Both the position numbers and the translations under genes were made by a program. From the NCBI GenBank assembly GCA_977018835.1, contig OZ361259.1, positions 558,001 through 622,000 of the forward strand: DNA of 64,000 nucleotides, read 5' to 3'. The notes below the pieces were generated by a model. The model was not told the origin of the DNA. It saw only the letters and a list, made by a program, of their open reading frames with translations, and made no database searches. Shown in pieces: positions 34,556-47,300 of the stretch (the stretch's first letter is position 1; every line of letters begins with the position of its first letter). Source of the DNA: Minutocellus sp. GHC0000111. Its lineage: Eukaryota.

Positions 34556-35284
34556 CTAGTGCTTCAGCGTTTCTCGGAGCGCCTGCCCAACCTTCTTCCG
34601 AGCCTTGTTCTTTTCAACCTCCACCCACCCATCGGAGTAGACATCTTTTTCGAGGAACCTCCCACCATATCCATGAATGAAATTTACAACACACATGCTA
34701 AACTCCTGCTTCTCATCCTTGCTGCTCAGCTTTTGATAGTATGGTTTAAAGGCTTCAATCTTTTCGCGATACAGTTTGTTTCCTTTGTGATGATTCGTCA
34801 ATCCTCCTCTACCAAGTAGGACATCCCTATCGGTTGGCTCCTCACAGGTCCCTGCAAAGAGTTCATAATCGTTGTATTTTGAGGCATGATCGCCCCTCTG
34901 GAGGAATTCATCAACATCAACAAGAATTGAAGCACTTTCCTCAAGATACTCCGCCTTTCGCTTACGATATTTTGTAAGGCTGTTGATATCCTTGCCCTTT
35001 GAAGGGCCACTGGTAGCACATGCGGCAGTAGTTGTCTTCGGCGCCACGGCTGCAATCTTCGACTCTACAATGCTTGGAACACTTGGGGATGCCACGCCGC
35101 GCTCACCTTCAACACCACCGGTAACAGTTGCAGTAGCATCACCACCAACTTCATTCGCAATTGGAGTATCACCCAACTTGAATTGTTCTCCGGCTTCAGA
35201 AGAAAACACACTCTCCTCCAGCGGCATCGGCACCAAATCTTCTCCCTCACCAAAAATTTCCTCGGGCGACATGTTCCCAGCGAT
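34556..35284 (-). pseudogene. DUF6824 protein, 5'-truncated by the duplication junction
   Basis: PTDRDVLLGRGGLTNHHKGN..Y..GGRFL..W.EV...ARKKVGQALRE. The longer copy is at 63038-64000. Confidence 0.85.
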
Positions 35285-35309
35285 TAACCCTAACCCTAAC
35301 CCTAACCCC
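35285..35309 (+). repeat. Interstitial telomeric repeat (TAACCC)4 + C at the duplication junction
   Basis: cgat|taaccctaaccctaaccctaacccc|aattttcg. Absent at both parental sites (6828 and 63766). Confidence 0.97.
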
Positions 35310-36146
35310 AATTTTCGACCCCGATTTGACGACTGTGTTAAAATGTATCATAAATGGTTTCCACCACTACTAAATGTTTTGACAGATCAAGCAACCGGAG
35401 ACATATTGCGAACAGGAAACTGGTTGCAAGGCAAAGATGCTGTTGGTATGGGGCTTAACAATGTACCCGCTGACAATGCAACCACTGAAGAGAAATGGGC
35501 AAACACCAAGAAAACAAGAGCTTTTCCCGGGCGCAATTATAACACATTAATGCCCAATACATCTTGGGTTGTACTACCGACTGCACTGGCGGGCATAGGT
35601 CGCTTAAACTATGCTGCGTGCTTTGCTGACTGCACCGCTGGCCGATCGGCGCAACGATATAGATTTCGAAACTTTGTTTTAGAAAATATTTTAGGAACAA
35701 ATAGATTCACCGAGATCAATGACAAGACTCCTCAAACATACATTACATTTTCGCTACCAGGTGGCTCTAGCCGCCCGGGCGAAGTCAGTTTCTTTGAAAA
35801 TTTTATCTTTGCAGCGAGAGAAAGATATGGGGCAAATCGAATAAGAGTGGAAGACATGGCGAATTTGTCCTTCAAAGAGCAGGCAGAGTTGACAATGGAC
35901 ACAGCAGTGTATGTCAGCAACCATGGCGGGGGCAGTTCCTCGAGTATATTTCTTCCTAAAGGGTCCAGCGTTCTTTTATACCACACACCGAATTTGAAAA
36001 GAGACCGCATATATTACGAGACTTTGTCTTACCTGCAGACAGTGTGGGTGCCTCTAGAGGATCGCAATAACACTATGAAATTGATGGGAGTGGTCGAGGC
36101 AGCACTTGAGACAACATCAGGTTTTTATCCAGACTTTTCAATGTAG
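35310..36146 (+). pseudogene. GT61-like gene, C-terminal 278 aa only (copy 2)
   Basis: Identical to residues 271-548 of the 6018-7664 protein. Confidence 0.88.
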
Positions 36147-36753
36147 ACTAGGCAAGAAATTGGGTGATGTATTTAGACATGCTGCACTAAATAAAGGACA
36201 AGAGCCAACACAGCACCAGGTGTATTTGATATTCATAGGGAGAAGATAAATGGAAGTTGCTGGGAGGGCCAGGGCATCGTCCAATAAAGTTCAAACATTC
36301 AACAGAATATAGTGCACCATGGCCGACAATATAAAATAGAATTGAATTGATATTGTAAATGTTTATTTTGTATTCAGCTGTGGCTGTTCTCCAGCCAAAT
36401 GTCAGGCTGATTTGATACAAATCCAATGTCAAGTACCACCACAATGTGACGCCGGTAATCTTGGCACATGCAGCAGACACAATCCATGCTAGGATTGGAA
36501 GCATGGGCGTCACTAATCCAACTACCGCATCGCTCAATCCTATAACACATGCCAACAGCCCTCCGAAAATATCAGGGCTCCAAACTAGAGCACATCAACA
36601 ACGAACCTGAGTACGTGCGACACACGATCGGCAACATTTACTATTCCAGATGATGAATTAAACGATCTTGCTCACGCCATCGCCGAGGGCTTTGCAATCC
36701 TGGTCAGCGACGGGGCAGTGGCGAAGAAGCGGGCAGAGCACATGCGTGGGTCG

Positions 36754-37005
36754 AAAGGATTGTCTTGCACTTTCAAATAATTTGCTCGAAGCTGATTGGG
36801 GTTAATAAGAGAATGTTCTAATGAAGATCCAAACCAAAGAAATAGTTCTCACACAGTAAATACTCTTTTCCAGAATTTGGATCAGTCCAAACAGCACATG
36901 CAGTGACAATTGGGACTTCCTTGATGCTGTCATACTTGTCAGTAAATGGTTGTACCTCACGAACCACATCGGAATATGTTAGTACAACCCAATTTTTACC
37001 GGCAA
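36754..37005 (-). mobile_element. Copia protease-region fragment (copy 2)
   Basis: Copy of 8272-8523. Confidence 0.9.
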
Positions 37006-37281
37006 GACAGGACCAGGGTGACTCTTTGGGACAAAAGTGCACACAACGAATCTCTCTTATTGCACTTGCGTTTGTGTAAAAATAATTCCTAATCAAACAA
37101 CAAAACAATGCAAACACAATTAAATTCAACGCAGAGGTGCCACTCGTTCCCTAATGTCAACAACACTGGAATGCAATCCAATCCAATCGACATAAAACTA
37201 AACTTTTCTTTCTTTTCTCTTTCTTTTGCTGTGGGTTCTGAAAAAACGAGTGAAATCCGGCGATAGCGGAATTCAGCGTTC

Positions 37282-38347
37282 CATCCATCGTTGTTTTGTG
37301 TTGTCGGCACTCGCGTCTACGGAATGTTCGAAAGAGCGGCAAGTCATGGTCGTCAACTAGGTGCTCCTTGTGTTTGAAGTGCCGGCGGATTTTCTTGTTG
37401 CATGCATCGTAGTTTGTGCTTTCGGGCATGTTTTGAGAGAGATGGGAATGAATGATTGTTGTTGTTGTTGTCTTCGTTGTCGCCGCCGTTGCCGTCATTG
37501 TCATTGTCATCGTCGTCATCGTAATCTTGAAAGGAAGCAAGCAAAGTGCCGCGAATGAAGTCGATTGCCGAACATGCAACCGGACGACAAGCTGTGCTCA
37601 CTGTGCGTAAAAATCTAGCTGGCATGCCTGAGACTCTCATCTTGTTGTCCTTTCTGTTTGCAGCTCGTGCAATGTCCTCGGGTGTTAGTTTGGAAAATGC
37701 ATTGGCGAGAGACCTGCCACGAAGTGGTGTTTTACATTTGATAAATCCGCGCAGTGAGCACAGCTCACAGCTTGTCGTCCGGTTGCATGTTCGGCAATCG
37801 ACTTCATTCGCGGCACTTTACTTGCTTCCTTTCAAGATTACGATGACGATGATGACAATGACAATGAAGGCAACGGCGGCGACAACGAAGACAACAACAA
37901 CAACAATCACTCATTCCCATCTCTCTCAAAACATGCCCGAAAGCACAAACTGGACCCAAAACAAATCGCCGCGCACGAAAGCACATGCAGCACGTGCACA
38001 TGTTACAAGTCTTACGAAATGCAGCATCGCATGAAGCAGCAACGAGAGACACATCTGCTACCAACAACATCAAGAATTGGACATGTCTGGTTCTTTCCCG
38101 CGTCAGAGCGCTCACCGGTCTTTTCGTCCTCGAGAAGCTAGACGAAGACCAAGACTGTTCGGTCGACCCAAAACTGTGGCGCATGCTATCCTCCACCACG
38201 AAGATGGCAGTGTCAAACATGATGCATGCAACAAGAAAATCCAGCGGCACTTCAAACGCAAGGAGCACCTAGTTGACGACCATGACTTGCCGCTCTTTCG
38301 AACACTCCGCAGACGCGAGTGCCGACAACACAAAACAACAATGGATA
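37282..38347. repeat. Fold-back with helicase motif VI fragment (copy 2)
   Basis: Copy of 8800-9865. Confidence 0.9.
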
Positions 38348-38636
38348 GAACAAGTAGAAATCGCGATCGGATCGCGACACGGCAAAGTGGGAGGTGCCGT
38401 TTGATCCCCTTCCTCTCTACCATTTGCGCCCAAATCGCGTGGATGGACGCTTCTCATGCGCACTTGTTCGTCGCGCGTGTCGTGGGAAAGACACAGTGCC
38501 AAGCGCGTGATTGTGTTGATTGGACTTGATGCAGCGCATAATTGTTGGCCATCGTGGCCTCCCCGGCGTTGGTTGTGAACGTCAAGGTTTCCTCCAAGTG
38601 CAACAGAGTGAAATCCGACAATGGCGGAATTCACCT

Positions 38637-41600
38637 CTGTAGCTCATGGCTTGTTGACTAACTTGAAACATGAAAACTACAACTTGCTACTCCACGGACT
38701 ACCTACTACGTACTACAGACTGCTACGTACACACGTACGTCAACAGGATTTACTCGGTCCCCGCGAATTGATTCCATCAATAACATGGATCGATTCGACT
38801 TATCCAACAGTGTATCCTACACCGACCTAGACAAACTAGGAGTGACTTTGTACAGAGCCTGGTTAAAACCAGTGTCACGCAACCAGAAAACTGACCGCTG
38901 CTCGTCGGGACATCTACATATGAAATATTTAACGAAAAATGAAACCACACAAATAATTCCTCCTTTCAGCTGTCAAAATCTTGGTAAGCAAATCAGCAAG
39001 ATTTGTCTGACTATCTTCCTTTCCAACCACCATAATCTTAGCTGCAACTGATTCTCGAATAATGTGATAATTAATTGCATTGTGACGCTTGTGAAGAACT
39101 GACTGAGGAACACTAACATTCTTGACGACTCCAGCATTATCACAGTAGGTGTAAGCTGGACCTTGAAGATTCAATCCAAACATCCTGAGTTTGTACCTGA
39201 GAGAAACAATAAGATCACGACAAATGCGCATAGAGACAAGCTTGCTGCCAAAAGTTGAGGATTCGACAGTATTCTGTCTTTTACTGAACCAAATAATAGG
39301 AGCATTGTTCACATAAATGATAATACCACTGTGCGACCGTCTTGTAACAACATTACCTGCATGATTTGCTTGCATGTATACTAACCGATCGACCCAGAGG
39401 TTCGGGCATCTTGGGAGGCATTTCCTCCTCGACTTCACCATAAAATGATGTCCAATCTGCTGTCTCATTGAATGCACGATAATCAACCTTTGGCTCCTTG
39501 TGATCATATGCAATGCGCCCCATGTTTGGGTGTCCCCGCAAATAGGCAAAGATGTGATACAGGGCATCCAAATGACCAACTCTCGGGCTTGCCTGATACT
39601 GCGATAACAATGAGACTTCCAGCATTGTGTCCAATCTTCCAAGCTCCACAGCCCATCTCAACATGCCAATAAGCTGGAGGTACCTGGGAATAAAACAGAG
39701 TCAAGCTCAGTTGTAATGTCAACTTCTGGACGATAATTGCTTGGAAGGGGATTCTTGGCCTTTGAAGGGCTTCGAAGCTGCATGTCTTTGCCATCTTCAG
39801 TCAATAAATTCTCGACCACCTTGACTGCATTCTGAACATATGTTTTGGAACTAGTACTCCATACTTCATGACCACCAGCTGTCTGCACCTTTGCAACATC
39901 AGCTCCCAGATAAATTTCTGGTGCCTTTCGACTCTCTGGCTTAATCTTGTAATGATCATCAATACCATCGGCAATTGTGTCACATCGGTGAGAAACAATC
40001 AAAATATCATCAGTGTACACAAGCAGCATTTCATAATACTCATATCCATCTGGCTTTCGGGCTCTTTTGATCCAAACCTTCGGGTCAGCCAATGTAGATT
40101 CAAACTCCATGAATCGCAGTGCCTCTGCTAGCGCTTCTCTCCAAGAAAATCCAGAACTTTCTAGTCCATATAGGCTGCGGGTCAGGACACAAACCTTGCC
40201 CTTGTCTTCACCACATTCTGTGCCGCCTTCAAACCAAATCTTCTCGGCACACGGAGCATTAAGATATGCATTCTCCAAGTCAATTGCCAAAACATCGACA
40301 TCGTGAAGGGCAGCTGCTAAAAGACCAATTCGCACACTGTCCCTCGACACAACACTTGAATAAGTAATACCATCCGGGGCATCTGTGGTATGGCCACCTG
40401 CACAGTATCTAGCTTTCCTTGTAAAATCCATCTTGACATCAAAAACAATATGATTTCGAATTTCTTGGTAACCAATCAATTCACCAACTTTGCCCTTTCG
40501 AGCTTCATTGGGAGTAACACCATCCAGAGTCTTCCATGATACCTTGGCCTTAGACATTTCCTTGTTAATAGCATCTCGCCATAAAGTGTTGCCATTGATT
40601 TCATCCAATTGTAGAGCCTCTTGTACAGATTTAGGAACCCTGACACCATACTTACTTGTGAGTTGTTCTCCAATACTTCTTTTTCACCTTGGAAATAATC
40701 CTGTTGCGTCGTCTCAAAACTGTTTTCACCCACCAAGCAAAAGCAGGTTCGTCCTGAATACGATTAGCAACTGCATATTCGGCAACTTCAACTGGATTGG
40801 AATTCTTGAGATCTTTAAGTTTCACCCAAGAGCTAGAACCGTCCTTCCATGATACTAATAATTCCTAGCCTTTTGTAGTTGGCTTCCTATGCTTGTTGTG
40901 GCCTCGATAAACATAAGCATCTTGCTCTGTAAGACCAGTACCATCCTTTCTGTGATCTTCGATTTCATCAAGCAATAAATAGGAGTTGCCTTCATCATCA
41001 ATCTGTGCATACATATTCTCAGCAATAATATTGGCAGTAACCTTGTCCCGCGTACCATCTGCAAATTCAATCTCATAAGCGCGGGTATCAAGGATAGGGT
41101 TAGAATGTGCGGTACCAATCGTCTTGCCATCATCAGTACGAGCCCATTTTACAACACGGGCCCCTCGCTCATTGTTAGTGCCAACATCCATAACTAATTC
41201 CATGCCCAAATACTTATCAATCATCTCGTCTTCGTCATCAGGACGCTCATCGACAAGCATGTCACCATATTCGTCATCTCTAGGTATATTGCGCTCATCA
41301 CGCCCATCATGTTCAAGTTCATCTGGCAATGGAACATCGGGCAATCGATATTTTTCTGCACCCTCTGGCAGCTCAACACGGTGATTACTGTCATTTCTCT
41401 TTTGTCAACATCATTTCGGGTTGCACAAGCAATATTTTCACTGGCAATCATTCGATCACAAAAGTACTGTAGTTCTGCATTCCTATAATATCCGTCGGCA
41501 CTACTCATAGCTTCCATCTCCTTTTTACTCAATCCAGATGCTAATGAACAAATTGTCCTCATTTCATTTTCTTCAATGGTACGAGAGACCTTAGATAAAG

Positions 41601-42392
41601 TGACATTACCAGGGTCCCACTGATCAGCTGTGATCACAATAACAGGAAGGTTAGACATTTCAAATTCAGTTGGTACACGAGATTCGAAGCTGACAATCGT
41701 CCCCGTGGTATCAAAGGGAATAAAAACATCATCATCGTCATTTGTATTGCCTGAGATGCCAGCATCAGGTTCAAAAGGATTGTCTTGCACTTTCAAATAA
41801 TTTGCTCGAAGCTGATTTGGGTTAATAAGAGAATGTTCTAATGAAGATCCAAACCAAAGAAATTGTTCTCACACAGTAAATACTCTTTTCCAGAATTTTG
41901 ATCAGTCCAAACAGTACATGCAGTGACAATTGGGACTTCCTTGATACTGTCATACTTGTCAGTAAATGGCTGTACCTCACAAACCACATCAGAATATGTT
42001 AGTACAGCCCAATTTTTACCGGCAACACAAGTATCAGCATGTGTGTCCATTTCATTAGTACTGATAGTGCCGGGTTTTGTCTTATCCTGAGCTCGCAATG
42101 AGCTAATTCGGGCAATTCTTTTAGTGGAAATGACAGAAATTGAACGGGGTTTCTTTGGTAAAACATGAATCGATCTGTTTGTTCGACACTTGGGGTTAGC
42201 TGTAAAGTTTGTGAATTGATGGAGACCAACTAAAGACATCCAAAATGAAATAAAATAAACTGTGAAGGAAATAAAAGATGTCAATAGTCCTCCAATCATT
42301 CAGTTGTTGCGGTAAGCACCAGAACCAAATCCAGATCCATTTTGACTGCCGCGGTCAGGAATGGGCTGCTGCTGTTGTTGCTGCTGTTGGTT
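38637..42392 (-). mobile_element. Ty1/Copia (CoDi-like) relic (copy 2)
   Basis: Copy of 10155-13910 with identical translations. Confidence 0.93.
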
Positions 42393-43122
42393 AGGCCGGC
42401 CCTTGCGGGTTTGCAAAAGACAAAAACATTTTTTTCTTGTTTCTTTTTGTTTTTCCGGTCCTTCCGTCAACCAGCACGCAAAAGCGGATCCGCTCGTTTT
42501 GTTTTTGCTTTTTGTGCCGCAAGGCCGGATGACAACAAATTGCAAAAAGCAAAATGTAGCCTCTTTGAGCTGTGGCGCGGCCGCCGATTTCGAATTTCTT
42601 CGTCGACGAATGCCGACACGATGAACACAATGTTTTCGTTTTGCTTGGTGTGCATCGTCTCCAGGTGCACGGCTTTTGCCGATTGCATGGTGGTGGCCGC
42701 TCATCGCAGCCGTTTGCGCATGCGTCACGAATCGCAATCGCTACGAGCATCAATCGGTCGATTGTTGATGCAATGAAGCTCGGCGACGCAGCAAAGTTTG
42801 CAGCCGCCAATGCTGCAATCGACTCTCTCAGAGCTCGATGCGAAGTTGCTTCACTGGAAAGGCCAGCCTCCCTCCTCCGATGCTTTGATGCTGACGACGG
42901 CGAGCTCGATCTTGTGGAGCTTTCGCACCACATGATGAAGCAAGCCGATGCTGTCGAAAACAAGCTGAACGACATTCTTCTCGGCAACCCCCAGGACAAC
43001 GAGGAGGTGGGCGATGACAACGAAGAGACGCCGTCAAAGAAGAGGCGCAAGCGCAAGCCGACGCTTGCCAGGAGGAACGAAAACGGTGAGTTGGAGGCTG
43101 TCACTCTCCAAGACTGCACCCT

Positions 43123-44357
43123 TGCTAAAACAAAACAACGAAATCGTTCTTCTGATCCACTGGGATAGTGGTGGAAGGTGAATGTGGTGCTCTTCAACCT
43201 ATCTGGGTCTATGGCAGCTCTGTGTTCAATTTCGTTGTAACCGCTGAGAAATCTTTCAACAGCTGTTACAATGCAGGCGTCATCAGAATCAAGGTTGCGG
43301 AGAGACTTGTCAAAGAAAAAATGTCCCCCCTTTTTTGAGAACGTAGAGTTTGCGTGACCAACAATTTGATTGTTTGCTGCCTTGAATATCCTAAGATAAA
43401 CAGTGGCAATGTCGGTACCGTTGGCCTTGTAGGACCAACCTCTATCTTGAAATGACCTGAGATTATGGAATATTTTCTCGCCATTATGCTCCATCTTCAG
43501 CTCTTTCTGCGCCTGCAAGAACATAATGGAACCCAAATGGGTCCGTGGCTTCATATTTGGGCATAATTTTCTTTTCATTAACGGCCAAATTTCTTCAAAA
43601 ACATAGCTGGTATTGCAGCAGATTTGATTTGTGCCACTTGCATTACACGCAACATCTAGTTGACGCTCGACACTAGGAAAGATGTCATGAAGTTTCTCTG
43701 AAATTTCCCAAGCAATCATATCGGGGTGACCGCCCCCATCACCTTTACAGCGATGCTCTGCCTGTGTGGTGTCTGCAAATCTGGAGAAATCTCCACGTTC
43801 GGCACAAACAGAGATGTTTCGCTTATCATTGATTGTATGCATGCACTCAAAGCCCAACTTTTTAATATATATTTTTTTCATCAATAGGGTGAATGTTAGT
43901 TCGGCCAAACTTTTCTCTCATGGTCTTTGCTACCTCGATGAATTGTTCGTACTGTCTTACTCCCTTCCTTCCAAATCCACTTAATCCAATCACAGGACCT
44001 GAGTACACGGTCAGGAATTCTTCTAGGAGAGGGGGCGGCTTCAGCTGTACTTCGTTCGAGTTGGCGCCAGTAAAATTGCTCAAGCCCTTACGAATCATTG
44101 CAACAATGGAAGATTGCTTATCACGGTAGTCTTGTTTGCAATAAAAATTTCCAAATACCAAAGCATCAAGCGTGTCTAATTTGGCTTTGATCAGCATTTC
44201 CACTAAAGCTCGCCAATTTTTAGCATGAAAGACAGGATTATTTGTCAGTGATACGAGAGTAGAGTTGTTAGCAAAGGACGCAGCAAATCAATTTGTGTGA
44301 GCTTCTCCTAATCCAAAGAGGAGAGTGGAATCTTTATTGAGATCTTCGTAGTTGATC
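43123..44357 (-). pseudogene. Sulfotransferase-like fragment (copy 2)
   Basis: Copy of 14641-15875. Confidence 0.6.
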
Positions 44358-47300
44358 AGGCGATCACTGGATTGGCAGACAATAGTTTCTGTGATCTCCT
44401 CAACTCCGGCGTCGAGATCCCCGCGTCTCTTCTTTCGAAAGTTGAGAGCCCGCTCCAAGTGATCGGTGGCGATGTCGAGGAGAGACTTGGCCCCCAGGGT
44501 AAGCACTGGGGTGGCACTGGCATCATCAGACGACTCGGCACTGGTGCCGGGTAGTTCCTTATCAAAGACCAAAAGGTAGACCTCTGCCAAAGCCACGGAG
44601 GCATCGGCGATGGCATTATCTGTCATTGCAGAGCTATTACCTCCACGGGACAACTTGATTGCCTCGTCCAAATATTTGATGGCATTATCCTTTGCATCAG
44701 TATCGACCTTCCCGAACTTATCAGACGACAGGACAAGCATGGTTTTGTAGGTGGATCCCATCCGTCTCTTGATATTAGCGATTTGCAGGGGATGCTTGGG
44801 AGTCTCGTCTTCGTTAGTATCGGCAGCAGCCGCTTCTTCTGCCCTTTTGTATTGCTCGATGGCCTTTTCGTAGTCAAGCGCCTTGAGATGCATGTTGGCC
44901 ATTTCCAGCATAGCATCAGAGCGATCTGGCGCAAGAGAAAGTAATCGCTCGCAACAGTACTTGAGTTTCTCATCCATTGCAACACCGCTGAAAGAAGTAG
45001 CGTCAAATTCTTCATCACGAAGAGAGTATACCGAATAGCCGTGGTTGGAGAGACCACTGTACACCCTGAGGCCCATGTCGAAGCTATCAATGGCAGCCGC
45101 ATTATCTTTTTCTCGAATTTTGATCCGCGCAAGACGCTCCGACACATCGCCAAGCTCCAGATTAAGTAAGACGGACGAAGTACCGCCCCATGGCGTCAAG
45201 GATGAAGGTTCAGCAAAGAGATGGAGCCATCTGGCCTCCATGGCCTCGAAGGATGGCATCTTGCCCTCCGCCGCTTTTACAGCATTGTAGTACTGCATTC
45301 CATTCTCGTAGCATTTTTGTGCATCCTTGGTCTTCTTGATCTCGTCACAAGACTTCCCCATGGCCCAGTACGAGGTTGCAAGGGCAATGTTGACCGCAAT
45401 GGCAACCTTGGGATCGATAGATGGAGAAGGATAATCGTGAGTGGTATCCTCGGATTTCTTTTCTTCCTACGTCTTGTTTTTATCGGCCGATGACTTCTCC
45501 TCGTCGCCACCTTCCTCGCCGTCGCCGTCGCCCTTGTTGGTATGGCTATCAGATCCAGAACTTGACTCCTTGGTATCCTTTGGACGTATTTGATCGGCAG
45601 CTTTCTCCATTAGCTTCACACACTCTTGAAAGCTCCCTATCGCCTCGGCATGATCACTCTCCCCTGCAGCAACGAGACCTATGCGATAGTGGATGCTTGC
45701 CCATTCCATTTTCTCCCCGATTTTATGGTCGACAATATTATTTCCAGCGACGATGCCGTCTCCTTGGTTTCCCTCAGCCGTAAATGGATTTTGTTGGCCT
45801 CGGTTCTGCCGCTCGAGCACATCGAAAGCCGCCTTCAAACACTCTTGTGCATCGTCGAAGCGGCGCTTTCTGACATACGTGTTCCCAAGCAGAGTGAGAA
45901 GAGGAATGGGCGTGAAGTCATGGGGAAGATCACTTGAGTTGTCGGCAAGAAAAGCATCGTAGACTCGTCTGGCTTCTTCATAGTCGGCGATGGCTTCATC
46001 GTACGCTTTTTGACGGAAAGATAGACGACCCAATGCGATAAGGTCATGGAAAAGGGGAGCGAGCACGCTTGGCGCTTCTACTGCAAGGCCCCCCTTTGCG
46101 AGCCCGACAAGAAAATCTTTGCTTAGAGGCGTGTCCGGTGGCGATGGGAAGGACGACGCAGCACCCTGGATGGCGGGATTACTGGCAGAATTAGCGGAAC
46201 CATCGCCTCTGGCCATATTCAAGAGGGCTCGACGGCGATTCGTAACTGCCTCCTGGAAGCATTCTCTGGCATTCTTCTCGGCAAGGGCTCGGTCCGAAAC
46301 AAGCAAGTCCGTTCCAGAACTGGTGAATGGAGACTCATATTCGATCTTGGCACCAGTCTGAGCAAGAAGGGTAACCTCGCTATGCCCATGCCACCTCGCC
46401 GCAAGCTCGGCTGACTTTTCAATCAACATATTCCCCATGGTCGAATGTAGATCGGTTCGCAAGGCAGTGGCCTCACAGGCGCACGATTCCTTATCGCAAT
46501 GGCACTCGGCTAGTGCATCTTGGATGCACCTCTCGGCATCATTCCAACGCTTCAACTCAGTCAAGACTTTGCCCAAACATCGGAGGGAGTTGGCTAAATC
46601 GTCGTCGACGCATTGCTCGGGAGACGCAACGCCGCTTTCAGCAGCCGCCGCAGCCAGCTTTGCCTTGTTCTTCTTCGTGATGCGAACGCATTCGTTGTAA
46701 CATCTCAGGGCCTCCCTCCAATTCTGCATCTCCACATGGATGGTGCCGAGATTGTGCAGCGTGTTGCAAACTACAATGTGATGCTTGCCAACATGCTTGG
46801 TGTACAGCGACAGACTCTCCTTGTAAGCCATCAGAGCGCGATCAAAGTCTTTCTGCTTCACATCGTGACAATAACCCAGGCAGGTGAGCGAATCAGCGAG
46901 AAAGAGCTCGACTGAAACCATGGTATCGCGGAAGAAGAAGATCCGTCGATCTCGATCCTGCTCCCAGAGTTTTCGGGCCTTGGACTTCCCCGACGGAGAG
47001 CTATCGACGCGTGGCCCTCCGTCCTGGGTGAACCTACTCTTCCTAGCCGAAGATTCACCTGCCTTGAGCATTTCCGATGCCGAGCGGTATGCCTTTAGCG
47101 AATTGATGTAGTTGCTTACTTCGATGGATGCCACATCGGGGTGAGAAATTTCGTCTTGATCCATGACGGCAGCTTCGATGTACTCCTGCTGACTCCGACC
47201 AAGCCTCACTCCAAGATGGTGGAGTGAACGGCCAACCTCGAGACAGAAAGACATGACCATAGCATTGTATGGGCGGCGTTGATTCCTCTTTGCCTCGCTC

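Larger units (their letters stand above)
6828..35284 (+). repeat. Tandem segmental duplication, copy 1 (28,457 bp)
   Basis: Every ORF recurs at +28,482. Identity starts at aattttcgacccc (6828/35310) and ends at gttcccagcgat (35284/63766). Confidence 0.98.
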
